64,000 nt of DNA from an uncultured Gemmatimonadales bacterium (GCA_963795085.1 CAWCFX010000004.1:608001-672000), one strand, 5' to 3'; positions 19,222-28,989 are shown, numbered from the stretch's first letter. The notes: generated by a model not told the origin, from the sequence alone. A program made the numbers and translations.

Positions 19222-19940
19222 CCCCGGCCGCAGGCAATCCAGAATACCTGGCTGGTGAGGTCGGTCCCCTGCCAGAAGGCGTCCTTGTCCGCGGGGGCGC
19301 CGGCGGGGGGACGGGGGCTCCAGATGAGGGGCATGATTTTCGGCGGGACGACAACCGACGTGGACCATATTTCCGCTTGCAGCGGCTGGCCCAGGACCCC
19401 CTGAAGCCAGATGAAATTGTCCCCGTTGTGGATTGAGAGTGCCGGCAGGGCGGCTTCGCTACGGATCCTGGCCACGACCCGTCCCTGGGCCAGGGCCGTC
19501 GAGTCAATCTGGCGCAGGTTGGCCAGCGGCTCCACCCGCACCATCCGGGTCCGCCCATGTTCGTCCACCGGGAGCGAAAGCTCTCCGCCGCGGGCCGGGT
19601 CGAACAGCATCCGCCTGGCATATTCCAGCAGGTTGGCGACGGGAACCGAACCGGTCCGCTCGAAATTCGGCGGCGGGGCAATGAAGGGGGTGTCGGGAGG
19701 CCGGGGGCCGATCACGGTGAGCTCGCCGGGATGGTCCGGCGGGACCCCGCTGTCGGGCGGCACGACCGGCCCACTGGAATCCGCCGTGGCGACCTGGATG
19801 GGGCGCGCCACCGGCTCAACCACCTTGTTCTGCTGGAACCAGATATAGAACCCGAAAGCGGAGACCAGCACGAGCGCGAGGAGCAGCCACCAGCTGGCTG
19901 CTCCCCGCCTTGCGTTGGGGGTCCTGTTGTTTGCCTTCAC
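19206..19940 (-). CDS. Hypothetical membrane-anchored protein (paralog A)
   Basis: One N-terminal TM, Pro-rich linker, ends FWIACGRGWCHS; GGAG SD. Confidence 0.75.
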   Translation of the reverse strand: MKANNRTPNARRGAASWWLLLALVLVSAFGFYIWFQQNKVVEPVARPIQVATADSSGPVVPPDSGVPPDHPGELTVIGPRPPDTPFIAPPPNFERTGSVPVANLLEYARRMLFDPARGGELSLPVDEHGRTRMVRVEPLANLRQIDSTALAQGRVVARIRSEAALPALSIHNGDNFIWLQGVLGQPLQAEIWSTSVVVPPKIMPLIWSPRPPAGAPADKDAFWQGTDLTSQVFWIACGRGWCHS

Positions 19941-20014
19941 CCGGCGGATCTCCGGAGGTATCGGGAGGACCGTATTCTACTCCCTCATCCCCGCCGGGGG
20001 AACGCCTGACTGGA

Positions 20015-20707
20015 TCAGCAGCGCCCGCAGGCGATCCAGGGACTCCCGTTGACCCAGTAGGCTCCCTTTTCCAGGGGGACGCCGCCGGGTGTGCGCTCGC
20101 TGATCGCCACCTGGTCGAGGTCGTGCAGGGGCACGAACGCGGTGGCCGGGATAACCACCCCGCGATAACCTCCCCCGGGGCGGGATTCCACCCACAGGTA
20201 GTTGAGACCATCGGCCAGTCCGAGTTTCTCGTAGCCGACATTGCTCTCGATACGGGCGATGATGCGGCCCTGCCCGAGTGCGTCCGCTTCGAGGCTGCTG
20301 GCCCCGGCATACGGCCACAGCTTGACGCGGACGGTACGCCCGGCCTGGTTCGGGCCCAGTTCCATCTCGTGTCCCCGGGCCTCGGCATAGGTCAAGGTCC
20401 GGGCATGGTCCAGGATCTCGCCCAGCGGCACGTCATGAATGTCCCGCCCGGCGAACAGCGCGGCCTCCGCCGGCAGGCCGGCACCGACGCCGTTACCGTC
20501 CCGGTTGGACCGTCCCGGTTCCGTGCCCGCGGCCGCCGGAGAGTCAGCCAGGGAGTCCGGTGTCAGGGCATCGACCGTGGCGACATCCCGGGCGTCCCGG
20601 TCCCGGTCGCGGGCGAGAAACCAGAAGCCCAGGCCGAGGATAGCCAGGATGACCACGACCATTCCAATGACCGGTCCTGATGGTTTGCGCGCGTCTGCGT
20701 CAGCCAT
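20015..20707 (-). CDS. Hypothetical membrane-anchored protein (paralog B)
   Basis: AGGAGG SD, one TM, ends PWIACGRC; aligns by eye with paralog A. Confidence 0.78.
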   Translation of the reverse strand: MADADARKPSGPVIGMVVVILAILGLGFWFLARDRDRDARDVATVDALTPDSLADSPAAAGTEPGRSNRDGNGVGAGLPAEAALFAGRDIHDVPLGEILDHARTLTYAEARGHEMELGPNQAGRTVRVKLWPYAGASSLEADALGQGRIIARIESNVGYEKLGLADGLNYLWVESRPGGGYRGVVIPATAFVPLHDLDQVAISERTPGGVPLEKGAYWVNGSPWIACGRC

Positions 20708-20823
20708 ATGGCCTCCTGCCAGAGTTTGGAGTAGAGCGAGTAGTTTGCCAGTCCACCTTAGGCGGGGTCCGGACCGGCGGCGGTGCGGTAGCGCACAATG
20801 GCCGAAAATCGGTACATTGGGCG

Positions 20824-21546
20824 ATGCTTCGCCTGGCCATGTGGTCCGGTCCCCGGAACATCTCGACCGCGATGATGCGCTCCTGGGGTAACCGGCCCGA
20901 CACCGTTGTCTGCGATGAGCCCCTCTACTCCCATTATCTCCGCCACGTCCCGGTGGATCATCCCGGGCGCGACGAGATCATGGCCGCGCACGATGGCGAC
21001 TGGCGGTCGGTGGTGCGGTGGCTGACCGAAGAGGAGATCCCGGGGGCCCGGGTTTTTTACCAGAAGCACATGGCCCACCACCTGCTGCCGCATATCTCCC
21101 GCGTCTGGCTGCCACGGGTGACCCACGCATTCCTGATTCGGGATCCGCGGCGGATGCTGGCCTCGCTCGCGGCCCGGATGGGCCTGCCGGTTCTTCGCGA
21201 TACCGGGCTGGAGCAGCAGGTCGAAATTTTCCGGGCGACCAGGGAACGGAGCGGCCGGGTCCCCCCGGTGATCGATTCCGCCGACGTGCTCCGGGACCCG
21301 CGGCGGGTGCTGACCCGGCTCTGCGACGCGGCGGGGGTCGAGTTCAGCGAGGCCATGCTGACCTGGCCGCCCGGGCCCCGGGAGACCGACGGGGTCTGGG
21401 CCAGATACTGGTACGACGCGGTGGAACGCAGCACCGGGTTCGAAGCACCGGCGGACCGGCCCGTCGAGCTTTCTCCCGAATTGGAGTCGCTCGCCGCGGC
21501 ATGCCAGCCGTACTACGAGGAACTGCATCAGCACCGCCTGGCCTGA
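20824..21546 (+). CDS. Sulfotransferase-like P-loop protein (partner of class IV aminotransferases)
   Basis: MWSGPRNISTAMMRSW, DEPLY, QKHMAHH, FLIRDP, DGVWARYWY. Confidence 0.85.
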   Translation: MLRLAMWSGPRNISTAMMRSWGNRPDTVVCDEPLYSHYLRHVPVDHPGRDEIMAAHDGDWRSVVRWLTEEEIPGARVFYQKHMAHHLLPHISRVWLPRVTHAFLIRDPRRMLASLAARMGLPVLRDTGLEQQVEIFRATRERSGRVPPVIDSADVLRDPRRVLTRLCDAAGVEFSEAMLTWPPGPRETDGVWARYWYDAVERSTGFEAPADRPVELSPELESLAAACQPYYEELHQHRLA

Positions 21547-21593
21547 CCGCGCTCCTTTCGGCGGTCTCCACTCACTCGCCACCAGGAGTCTCC

Positions 21594-22496
21594 GTGCTCC
21601 AGTCGTTCAACGAGAAGAACCGCGACCTGATCGTCAACATCAACGGCACCCTGGTGCATCGGGATCAAGCCGGGGTCAGCCCCTTTGACTCGGCGGTGCA
21701 GGGGGGCGACGCGGTGTGGGAGGGGCTCCGGGTGTATGGCGGGCGAATCTTCCGGCTGCACGAACACCTGGAGCGGCTGCGCCACTCGGCGCTGGCCCTT
21801 GCGTACACCGACATCCCGCCGGCGGAGCGGCTGATCGAGGAGATTCGCCGGACCCTGGACGCCAACCGGATGCGGGACGGCGTCCACATCCGGCTGACGC
21901 TCTCCCGCGGCGTCAAGATTACCTCCGGCATGGACCCCCGGCTCAACCAGTCAGGGTCCACCCTCATCGTGCTGGCCGAGCACAAGCCGCCCGTGTACGG
22001 CCAGACCGGCCTGGCTCTGGTCACCAGTTCCATTCGCCGGTTTCCGCCCGACTGCCTGGATCCCAAGATCCATCATTGCAACCTGATCCAGTCCATCCTT
22101 GCCAAGATCGAAGCCAATGCGGCGGGGGCGGACGATGCGCTGATGCTGGACACCCGCGGGTTCGTGGCGGAGACCAACGCGACGCATGTATTCGTGGTGG
22201 AGAAGGGTAACGTCCGCACCAGCCGGACCGTGGCGTGCCCGGAAGGCATTACCCGCGCGGCCGTCCTCGAACTCTGCGGGACCCACGGCATTCCCTGCGA
22301 CGTCACCGACCTTTCGCTGACCGAGATTTACCGCGCCGACGAGATGTTCTGTACCGGCACCATGGGGGAGCTGGCGCCGGTGACCCGGGTGGATGGGCGA
22401 CCGATTGGAGCCGGGACGCCGGGAGAACTGACCGGCACCCTTACCCGGCACTTTCAGGCGTTGACCCTAAGCGAAGGGGTCAGGCTGGTGGACTGA
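21594..22496 (+). CDS. Class IV PLP aminotransferase (IlvE/D-amino-acid transaminase-like)
   Basis: GDAVWEGLR, EHLERL, AETNATHVF, EGITR, GTMGE; AGGAG SD with GTG start. Confidence 0.9.
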   Translation: MLQSFNEKNRDLIVNINGTLVHRDQAGVSPFDSAVQGGDAVWEGLRVYGGRIFRLHEHLERLRHSALALAYTDIPPAERLIEEIRRTLDANRMRDGVHIRLTLSRGVKITSGMDPRLNQSGSTLIVLAEHKPPVYGQTGLALVTSSIRRFPPDCLDPKIHHCNLIQSILAKIEANAAGADDALMLDTRGFVAETNATHVFVVEKGNVRTSRTVACPEGITRAAVLELCGTHGIPCDVTDLSLTEIYRADEMFCTGTMGELAPVTRVDGRPIGAGTPGELTGTLTRHFQALTLSEGVRLVD

Positions 22497-23184
22497 GCCG
22501 GGCCGCGGCCCGGCGGATGGCGGGTACATCGATGACCCGGATGCCGTCTGCCGGGTCCTCCACGGCATGCACCAGGGCGGCGATCATCTGGTCCCGGGTC
22601 ACCAGGCCCAGCCGTTCCGCGCCTGCGCGCGTCGCGGGAATCAGGCCGAGCAGCCAGTAGGCCGGCAGGACCAGGTAGGGCCACCGGTGCCCGGGACCCA
22701 GGATATACCAGGGACGCAGGAAAGTCGCCGCCAGCCCGCTCCTGCGGATGATCTCCTCCGCCTTCCGCCGCGCGGCGACGTAGGCCCGCATCACCGGCGC
22801 CGGCTGCGCGACGCTGACATAGACGAAATGGCGGACGCCCGCCACCACCGCCGCAGCCACGGCCGCCTCGACGGAAGCCAGGTCAATCCGGAGAAAATCC
22901 TCGGCCTTGGCGGGACTGGGGCGAGCGACTCCGACCAGGTGCACGAAGGTGTCCGCCGGAGCAATGGACCCGGCGTAGCCGGCCCCGTGCAGCGCATCAC
23001 CCACGACCGGTTCGGGGCCGGCGGGAAGGCGGTGCAGTGACCCCTGCCGGACCAGCGCCTTCACGGCGTGCCCCCGCCGGCTCAATACCATGATCAGCCG
23101 GCTCCCCAGGTAGCCGGTGCCGCCGGTGACGAACACCGCGGCTGGGTGCGCCGGCCGAGTCGCCGCCCGCTCAGGCCTTGCCAT
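22480..23184 (-). CDS. NAD(P)-binding atypical SDR/epimerase family protein
   Basis: VFVTGGTGYLG, TFLRPWYILG. Confidence 0.85.
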   Translation of the reverse strand: MARPERAATRPAHPAAVFVTGGTGYLGSRLIMVLSRRGHAVKALVRQGSLHRLPAGPEPVVGDALHGAGYAGSIAPADTFVHLVGVARPSPAKAEDFLRIDLASVEAAVAAAVVAGVRHFVYVSVAQPAPVMRAYVAARRKAEEIIRRSGLAATFLRPWYILGPGHRWPYLVLPAYWLLGLIPATRAGAERLGLVTRDQMIAALVHAVEDPADGIRVIDVPAIRRAAARLSPPA

Positions 23185-24241
23185 GGCGGGCCATGGTCAT
23201 CTCCGCGAGAATGGCGAGCGCCGTTTCCGCCGGCTCTTTTCCCCCAAGGTCGAGGCCGATTGGACCGTGCAGGCGGGCGATTTCTTCACCGCTGAATCCC
23301 CGCTGGGCCAGCCGCTCCCGGCGGGCCGCCTGGGTTTTCCTGGAACCAATGGCGCCGATGTAGGCGGCGTCCGACCGCAGGGCGATCTCCAGCGCGGTCT
23401 CATCAAACTTGGGATCGTGGGACAGCACGCATACGCAGGTGCCCCGGTCGATACCGGTCCGGGCAAAGGCGTCTTCCGGCCAGCCCAGCACCAGCTCGTC
23501 GGCGTCGGGAAAGCGTTCCCGGGTGAGAAAGGCGGCGCGGCCGTCCGCCACCACGGTGCGATACCCCAACCGGCGGGCCAGGCCCACCAGGGCCATCGCG
23601 ACATGGGTGGCGCCGAAGATCAGGAGGGTGGCTTGCCGGGGGAAGAATTCGAGGAAGATGCGGTGGGGCTCGCCGTGCTGGCCTGGAATGTCGAACGCCA
23701 TGCTGGCGTGCCGCCGGTGGGCCTCGGCTGCGCGGGCCAGGACTTCCGGCCCCAGTTCGCGGAGCGTGGCCAGGGCCCCAGTATCATCCTGCCCCACATC
23801 GGGTGGAAGTACCGGACCGCTGGGCTCGTCGTCGTCGGGGACGATCCAGTGGGCGCCGGGGGGAGCCGGACCGGCCACGACCGTGGCCACGACCACCCCG
23901 CCCCGTTCGGCTGCCGCCAGAATCTCGGGACGGACCACTGGCTCGAAGAGAATCTCGATGCTCCCGCCGCAGGCCAGTCCCACCCCCCACGCCGTTTCGT
24001 CGGAAACCGAGAACCGGTCCACCCGGGGCGTACCCCGCAGGATGGCAAGGCCAATCTCTTCGACCGCGGCGGATTCCACGCAGCCGCCCGATACCGACCC
24101 CGCCATCGTCCCGTCAGGGCGAGCCAGCAGGCAGGCGCCTTCCGGGCGGGGTGCCGATCCCCAGACGCTCGTCACCACCGCCCGTCCCACCGGGCCCCCC
24201 TCGGCGAGCTGCCGGTACTCGGGAAGGAGGTCTCGCATCAT
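23171..24241 (-). CDS. xdhC: XdhC/CoxI family molybdoenzyme maturation factor
   Basis: WGSAPRPEG, GSVSGGCVE, GLACGGSI, SHDPKFD, YIGAIGSR, PIGLDLG. Confidence 0.92.
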   Translation of the reverse strand: MMRDLLPEYRQLAEGGPVGRAVVTSVWGSAPRPEGACLLARPDGTMAGSVSGGCVESAAVEEIGLAILRGTPRVDRFSVSDETAWGVGLACGGSIEILFEPVVRPEILAAAERGGVVVATVVAGPAPPGAHWIVPDDDEPSGPVLPPDVGQDDTGALATLRELGPEVLARAAEAHRRHASMAFDIPGQHGEPHRIFLEFFPRQATLLIFGATHVAMALVGLARRLGYRTVVADGRAAFLTRERFPDADELVLGWPEDAFARTGIDRGTCVCVLSHDPKFDETALEIALRSDAAYIGAIGSRKTQAARRERLAQRGFSGEEIARLHGPIGLDLGGKEPAETALAILAEMTMARHGKA

Positions 24242-24687
24242 CCGGCCTCGACGGTGGCGATGAACCGGTCCCAGAACCGCTGGGTGAGATCCCTGGCCAG
24301 CCCCTCCAGCCGGCTGCCGCCGACCCGGGCCACGATACCGGTCATCTCGGTGGTGGCCGCCCAGCGCAGCTGGGTGTGGGTCTCGCCCCTGGATTCCAGC
24401 TCCACGGCCGAGGTCACCCGGATCGAGGATCCGGTCGCCTTGCCGCGGGCGTCCATGGTGAGTTTGCGTTCCGGCACCACGTCGGACAGCGCCACTTTCA
24501 TTGTGAACTCCAGCTTGAACGCCGCCAGCTTGAGGGCGGTCACGACTTCGAAATGGTGCGAATCGATGACCCTGACCCGCTGGACCCCGGGCCCGGCGTT
24601 GGCGATCGTCTGGGGATCCAGCAATCGCAGCCAGACCCGGTGCAGGGGGGCCGCCACCTCGGGTGTTCCGGAAAACTCGAATATCAT
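24238..24687 (-). CDS. coxG: CoxG/SRPBCC family protein
   Basis: VWLRLLDP near the N-terminus, GIVARVGGSRL; context. Confidence 0.8.
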   Translation of the reverse strand: MIFEFSGTPEVAAPLHRVWLRLLDPQTIANAGPGVQRVRVIDSHHFEVVTALKLAAFKLEFTMKVALSDVVPERKLTMDARGKATGSSIRVTSAVELESRGETHTQLRWAATTEMTGIVARVGGSRLEGLARDLTQRFWDRFIATVEAG

Positions 24688-25304
24688 CGGGCCATGGACT
24701 CCAGCCGAGCAAGGTCGGAAGGGGTGGAGATATCAGGATTGATACCGGGCACGTCTATCGCCGTGACCAGTTCCGGGTACTTTCGCAGCAAGGGAGCGAA
24801 CCCGGCGTCGCCCCGCAGTTCGCCGGCCCGGGGCCAGAACGACCGGTGGAGCAGCACCGGATGCCCGGGAACGCCGGGAGCGCCGGCGAACCGGGGCCGC
24901 ACCACCGGAGTTGACTCGCGGCCGGCGGCCACCAGCCTGGCAATCACGTCCCCGGGGAGCAACGGCTGGTCCCCCTGGAATACCAGCGCCGCATCGGCGT
25001 CGGGGTGACGGGCGGCCAGGGTCTCCAGTCCCAGGGCAAGCGAGCGAGCCACGCCGGCCGCCGGGTCGGGGTTTCGCACGTATTCGAAGTCCGCCGAAGC
25101 CAGCAACGCTTCCCGCTCCGGTACGCCGGCCGGGATGACGGCAAGGCCGCCGTGGAGCGTCGTCTTCCGGATCGCGTCGCGCACGGTGGCCAGGACGTGG
25201 GCAAGGACCGGGCGGCCGCGCAGTTCCGCCAGCAATTTATCGGCGCCGAACCGGCGGCTCCGGCCGGCCGCCAGGACCAGGGCATAGACGCGGAAGGCAG
25301 CCAT
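24684..25304 (-). CDS. mocA: Molybdenum cofactor cytidylyltransferase-like nucleotidyltransferase
   Basis: LAAGRSRRFGADKLL, GDQP, GHPVL, GDAG, DISTPSD. Confidence 0.85.
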   Translation of the reverse strand: MAAFRVYALVLAAGRSRRFGADKLLAELRGRPVLAHVLATVRDAIRKTTLHGGLAVIPAGVPEREALLASADFEYVRNPDPAAGVARSLALGLETLAARHPDADAALVFQGDQPLLPGDVIARLVAAGRESTPVVRPRFAGAPGVPGHPVLLHRSFWPRAGELRGDAGFAPLLRKYPELVTAIDVPGINPDISTPSDLARLESMAR

Positions 25305-25384
25305 GGCGTATAAAGTAAGCGGATCACGCTCGAGCCACGGGCTCCCGGTTTTCCCCGGTCGGAACTCGGTTAGATTCTGGACAT

Positions 25385-25457
25385 TGGGGTGTAGCTCAAT
25401 TGGCAGAGCGCCCGGCTGTTAACCGGGAGGTTGCTGGTTCGAAGCCAGCCGCCCCAG
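25385..25457 (+). tRNA. tRNA-Asn (GTT), CCA not encoded
   Basis: Acceptor TGGGGTG/CGCCCCA, D-arm GCTCAATTGGCAGAGC, anticodon arm CCCGG-CTGTTAA-CCGGG, T-loop TTCGAAG; TAGATT -10-like box at 25371. Confidence 0.96.
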
Positions 25458-25460
25458 TTT

Positions 25461-26603
25461 ATGCGCATCGCCATCTTTTCTGAGGTTTACTGGCCGATGG
25501 TCAGCGGGGTCGGCGTGACACTGCGCCGGCTCTCCGATGCGCTGGTCCAGCGGGGCCACCAGGTGCGGGTCTATTCGGCCGCCTACCCGCTTCCCGACGG
25601 GCAGCCCGACCGCCCCGATGTGCACCGCTCCGGCAGCCTCCCGCTGTTTCTCTATCCCGATGTGTACTGGGCCTTTCCCCGCTATCGCGAGGTGCTGGAC
25701 GATGTGGCCCGGTTCAGGCCCGACCTGGTGCATGTCGCCACCGAGTTCGCCATGGGGGTGACCGGCAACCGGATCGCCCGCCAGCTCGGCGTTCCGGTCA
25801 TTTCCTCCGCCCACACGGATTACGAGCACTACGCTTCGCGCTATAAGCTGGACTGGTTCATGGGGGCCGGCTGGAGCTATCTCCGCTGGTTCTACCGGCA
25901 GACCGAGGCGGTGCTCTGCCCCTCGGCGATCTACCAGCGGCACCTCCAGTCCCGGGGGGTCACCAATACCAGGATCTGGAGCCGGGGGGTGGATGCCGAG
26001 CAATTCCATCCCCGGCACCGGCGGGAATCCTATCGCCGGGACTTGGGGCTGGACCCGGGGGACCGCCTGGTGACGTACGTCGGACGGCTGGCGCGGGAAA
26101 AGGATCTTGACCTGCTGGTGCAGGCGTGGAAGCTGCTGGATCCCGGTCCCCGGGCCCGGCTGGTCCTGGTGGGGCGGGGGCCGATGGAGAACGATCTTCG
26201 GCGGATGGGCATTCCGGGGCTGGTGCTCACCGGGATCAAGCGGGATCTCGATCTCTCCGCCGCGTACGCCTCGTCCGACCTGTTCGTATTTCCCTCGACC
26301 ACGGAGACCTTCGGCAATGTCCTGCTGGAGGGGATGGCGTCGGGGCTGCCCTGCCTCGCCGCCGCGGCCGGCGGCGTGCTCGAATATGCGCGGCATGGAG
26401 CCAACGCGTGGCTGGTTCAGCCGCACAGCGCCGCCGCCATCGCCGAAGGTCTGGACCGCCTGATGGGGGATGCCGGGTTGCGGGGAGAACTGTCCGCCGG
26501 GGGGCGGGCCACCGCGACGGAGCGTGACTGGGGCCCGGTTTTCGATGCGCTGGTTCTCGACTATTTGCGGGTCAGCCGGACCCCGCATCACCGGGCCGCC
26601 TGA
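25461..26603 (+). CDS. GT4 family glycosyltransferase
   Basis: MRIAIFSEVYWPMVSGV, YVGRLAREK, ETFGNVLLEGMASG. Confidence 0.92.
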   Translation: MRIAIFSEVYWPMVSGVGVTLRRLSDALVQRGHQVRVYSAAYPLPDGQPDRPDVHRSGSLPLFLYPDVYWAFPRYREVLDDVARFRPDLVHVATEFAMGVTGNRIARQLGVPVISSAHTDYEHYASRYKLDWFMGAGWSYLRWFYRQTEAVLCPSAIYQRHLQSRGVTNTRIWSRGVDAEQFHPRHRRESYRRDLGLDPGDRLVTYVGRLAREKDLDLLVQAWKLLDPGPRARLVLVGRGPMENDLRRMGIPGLVLTGIKRDLDLSAAYASSDLFVFPSTTETFGNVLLEGMASGLPCLAAAAGGVLEYARHGANAWLVQPHSAAAIAEGLDRLMGDAGLRGELSAGGRATATERDWGPVFDALVLDYLRVSRTPHHRAA

Positions 26604-26614
26604 ACGGCGGCCGC

Positions 26615-27640
26615 CTACCGTATTATCGCGTAGAACAGGGCCGCGATCGCGGCGCTCATCGGGATCGTCAGGATCCACGCCCACACGATTTTCCCCGCCA
26701 CTCCCCAGCGCACCGCCGAGAACCGCCTGCTGGCGCCGACCCCGACGATCGCGCCGGTGATGGTATGGGTGGTACTGACCGGGACACCCAGGTGAGTCGC
26801 CATCAACACGGTCAGGCCGCCGGCCGTCTCCGCGCAGAACCCGCCGAATGGACGCAGCTTGGTGATCCGGGTGCCCATGGTCTTGACGATCCGCCACCCA
26901 CCCATCGCGGTGCCCATCGCGATGGCGATATGGGCGGCCAGCACGATCCACATGGGGATCTCATCGGCGTTGGGCAGATACAGGTGGGAGAGGTAGCCGG
27001 TCTGATTGATGAAGTAGGCCTGGGTCGCTACCAGCAGGCCGACGATGATGCCCATGGTTTTCTGAGCATCGTTGGCCCCGTGGCTCAGTGAGTAGAGTGC
27101 CGCCGACACCAGCTGGAGGCGCTTGAACAGCTTCTCGGTCGGGTGGGCCGGGCGCTTGTAGAACGCCCAGGATAATCCCACCGTCAGCAGCAGGGCCAGG
27201 AGCATGCCGGTAATGGGGGACAGGAAGATGAAGAGAATCGGTTTGACCCACCCGGCAAGAATGAGGGATCCCAGGCCCGCCTTCGCCACCGCGGCCCCGC
27301 CGTACCCTCCCAGCAGGGCATGGGAGGACGACGAGGGAAGCCCCAGCCACCAGGTTACCAGGTTCCAGATGATCGCGCCCAGCAGGCCGGCGAGGATCAC
27401 GTTGGGGTCCACGATCGCCGGGTCGATCAGGCCCTTGCCGATGGTCTTGGCGACGGCGGTGCCGACGGTAAACGCCGCGATGAAGTTGAAGAATGCGGCC
27501 CAGAGCACGGCCACCCCGGGCGACAGGACCCGGGTGGACACCACCGTTGCGATCGAGTTGGCGCTGTCGTGAAACCCGTTGATGAAGTCAAAAATCAGCG
27601 CCACGCCGATGATGACCAGGACGTACGTGACGGTGTCCAT
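26615..27640 (-). CDS. pit: Inorganic phosphate transporter, PiT family
   Basis: NGFHDSANSIAT, GLPSSSSHA, HGANDAQK, PVSTTH. Confidence 0.95.
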   Translation of the reverse strand: MDTVTYVLVIIGVALIFDFINGFHDSANSIATVVSTRVLSPGVAVLWAAFFNFIAAFTVGTAVAKTIGKGLIDPAIVDPNVILAGLLGAIIWNLVTWWLGLPSSSSHALLGGYGGAAVAKAGLGSLILAGWVKPILFIFLSPITGMLLALLLTVGLSWAFYKRPAHPTEKLFKRLQLVSAALYSLSHGANDAQKTMGIIVGLLVATQAYFINQTGYLSHLYLPNADEIPMWIVLAAHIAIAMGTAMGGWRIVKTMGTRITKLRPFGGFCAETAGGLTVLMATHLGVPVSTTHTITGAIVGVGASRRFSAVRWGVAGKIVWAWILTIPMSAAIAALFYAIIR

Positions 27641-27642
27641 GA

Positions 27643-28263
27643 TCAGCTGTGCTTGATGGCGATGGACTCCAGCACGTTGGCCACGTCCTCCGCCTGGTCC
27701 AGTGTTTTCTCCAGGGTGTCGTAGATCTCCTTCCACTTCATGACCGCGAGCGCATCGGTGCCCTCTTCGAAGAGGCGGGCCAGCCATTCGTGATAGAGGG
27801 CGTCCCCCTCCTCTTCCATGCGCTTGACCTCGATGCAGGCGGCGATGACCACCTGGGCCCGGCCGCTGTCCAGTACCTTGACCGCGGCCAGCAACTGCCC
27901 GGTGGCGCGATGGATGACCTCGGCAAGCATCACCGCGCCCACGGGGGCGGGGCCCGGCTTGAAGATCATGGTCCGCCGGGCGGCGCCGTCGATCCGGTCC
28001 AGGATGTCATCCAGCCGGGAGGCCAGCATGTGGATGTCTTCGCGGTCCAGCGGTGTGATGAAGCTCCGGTCCAGCCGGGTGACCACTTCGTGGGTCAGTT
28101 CGTCGGCCCGGTGCTCGCATCGCTTGATAGCGTCGGCGATAGGTCCCCGGCGATTCTGGTCGGCCTGGAGCATCTGGTGCAGTTGCTCGGCGGCCTGGAC
28201 ATTCAGGGTTGCGACCTCGGTGAACAGGTCGAAGAAGCGTTCGTCGCGGGGTAGCAGGCGCAC
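27643..28263 (-). CDS. DUF47 (PhoU-like) phosphate transport regulator
   Basis: EHRADE, FITPLDREDI, EEEGD, WKEIY; adjacent to pit. Confidence 0.92.
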   Translation of the reverse strand: MRLLPRDERFFDLFTEVATLNVQAAEQLHQMLQADQNRRGPIADAIKRCEHRADELTHEVVTRLDRSFITPLDREDIHMLASRLDDILDRIDGAARRTMIFKPGPAPVGAVMLAEVIHRATGQLLAAVKVLDSGRAQVVIAACIEVKRMEEEGDALYHEWLARLFEEGTDALAVMKWKEIYDTLEKTLDQAEDVANVLESIAIKHS

Positions 28264-28335
28264 GGGACGGAACTCCGGTTGGGGTAGACCGGGGCAGAAG
28301 ATGGCGTTCCCGGCAGCCGCCGACAAGGTCTCAGG

Positions 28336-28989
28336 TCACACCGGTATTTCCAGCAGGGCCAGCAGGGTTGCCGGGGTCTCCAGCCAGTGGTCCGGCCGGG
28401 TTTCTTCCAGGTGGCGGCGCCCGAAAGGCCCCCAGAGGACGGCGCCGGTCCTGACCCCGGCATCCCGACCGCACCGCATGTCGTGGACGCTGTCTCCGAC
28501 GAACAACGTCTCCTCGGGCCGGGCCCCGAGCAATCCGAGGGCCTTGAGCACCGGCTCCGGATGGGGCTTGGGATTGACCACGTCGTCGGCACAGACCAGG
28601 TGGTCAAACTGCTCCAGGATGCCCGCCAGCCGGAGGCCCCGAATGGCACCCGGCCGGTTTTTGCTCGTCACCAGCCCGATCCGGTAGCCTTCGGATCGGA
28701 CCCGCCGGATGAGTTCGGGGGCCCCCACGTAAGGAAGTACGTGAGTATCGTGGTGCGCCATGTTGTATTCCCGGTAGGTCTCGACCAGCGCTTCCATCTG
28801 TTCCGGCCCCGGCGCGATCTCCCCAAAGGCGACCCGGAGCGGGGTACCCACCCCGGCCAGCCATTCTTCGTCGGTCCGGGGCGGCAGCCCATGGGTCTTG
28901 AGGGTGTGGTGGTAGCTGTCCAGGATCAGCCGGATCGAGTCGATCAGGGTCCCGTCCAGGTCGAACAGCAGCGTAGTAAATCGAGGCAT
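28336..28989 (-). CDS. HAD-IA hydrolase (PpaX-like pyrophosphatase)
   Basis: FDLDGTL, VTSK, KPHPEP, VGDSVHD. Confidence 0.9.
   Translation of the reverse strand: MPRFTTLLFDLDGTLIDSIRLILDSYHHTLKTHGLPPRTDEEWLAGVGTPLRVAFGEIAPGPEQMEALVETYREYNMAHHDTHVLPYVGAPELIRRVRSEGYRIGLVTSKNRPGAIRGLRLAGILEQFDHLVCADDVVNPKPHPEPVLKALGLLGARPEETLFVGDSVHDMRCGRDAGVRTGAVLWGPFGRRHLEETRPDHWLETPATLLALLEIPV

Noticed and set aside
19985..20017. Selenocysteine recoding of the TGA after WIACGRC in paralog B
   Set aside because: Only a 5-bp hairpin (TCCCC-CGGC-GGGGA) follows, read-through adds about 10 unaligned residues, and paralog A ends at a similar position
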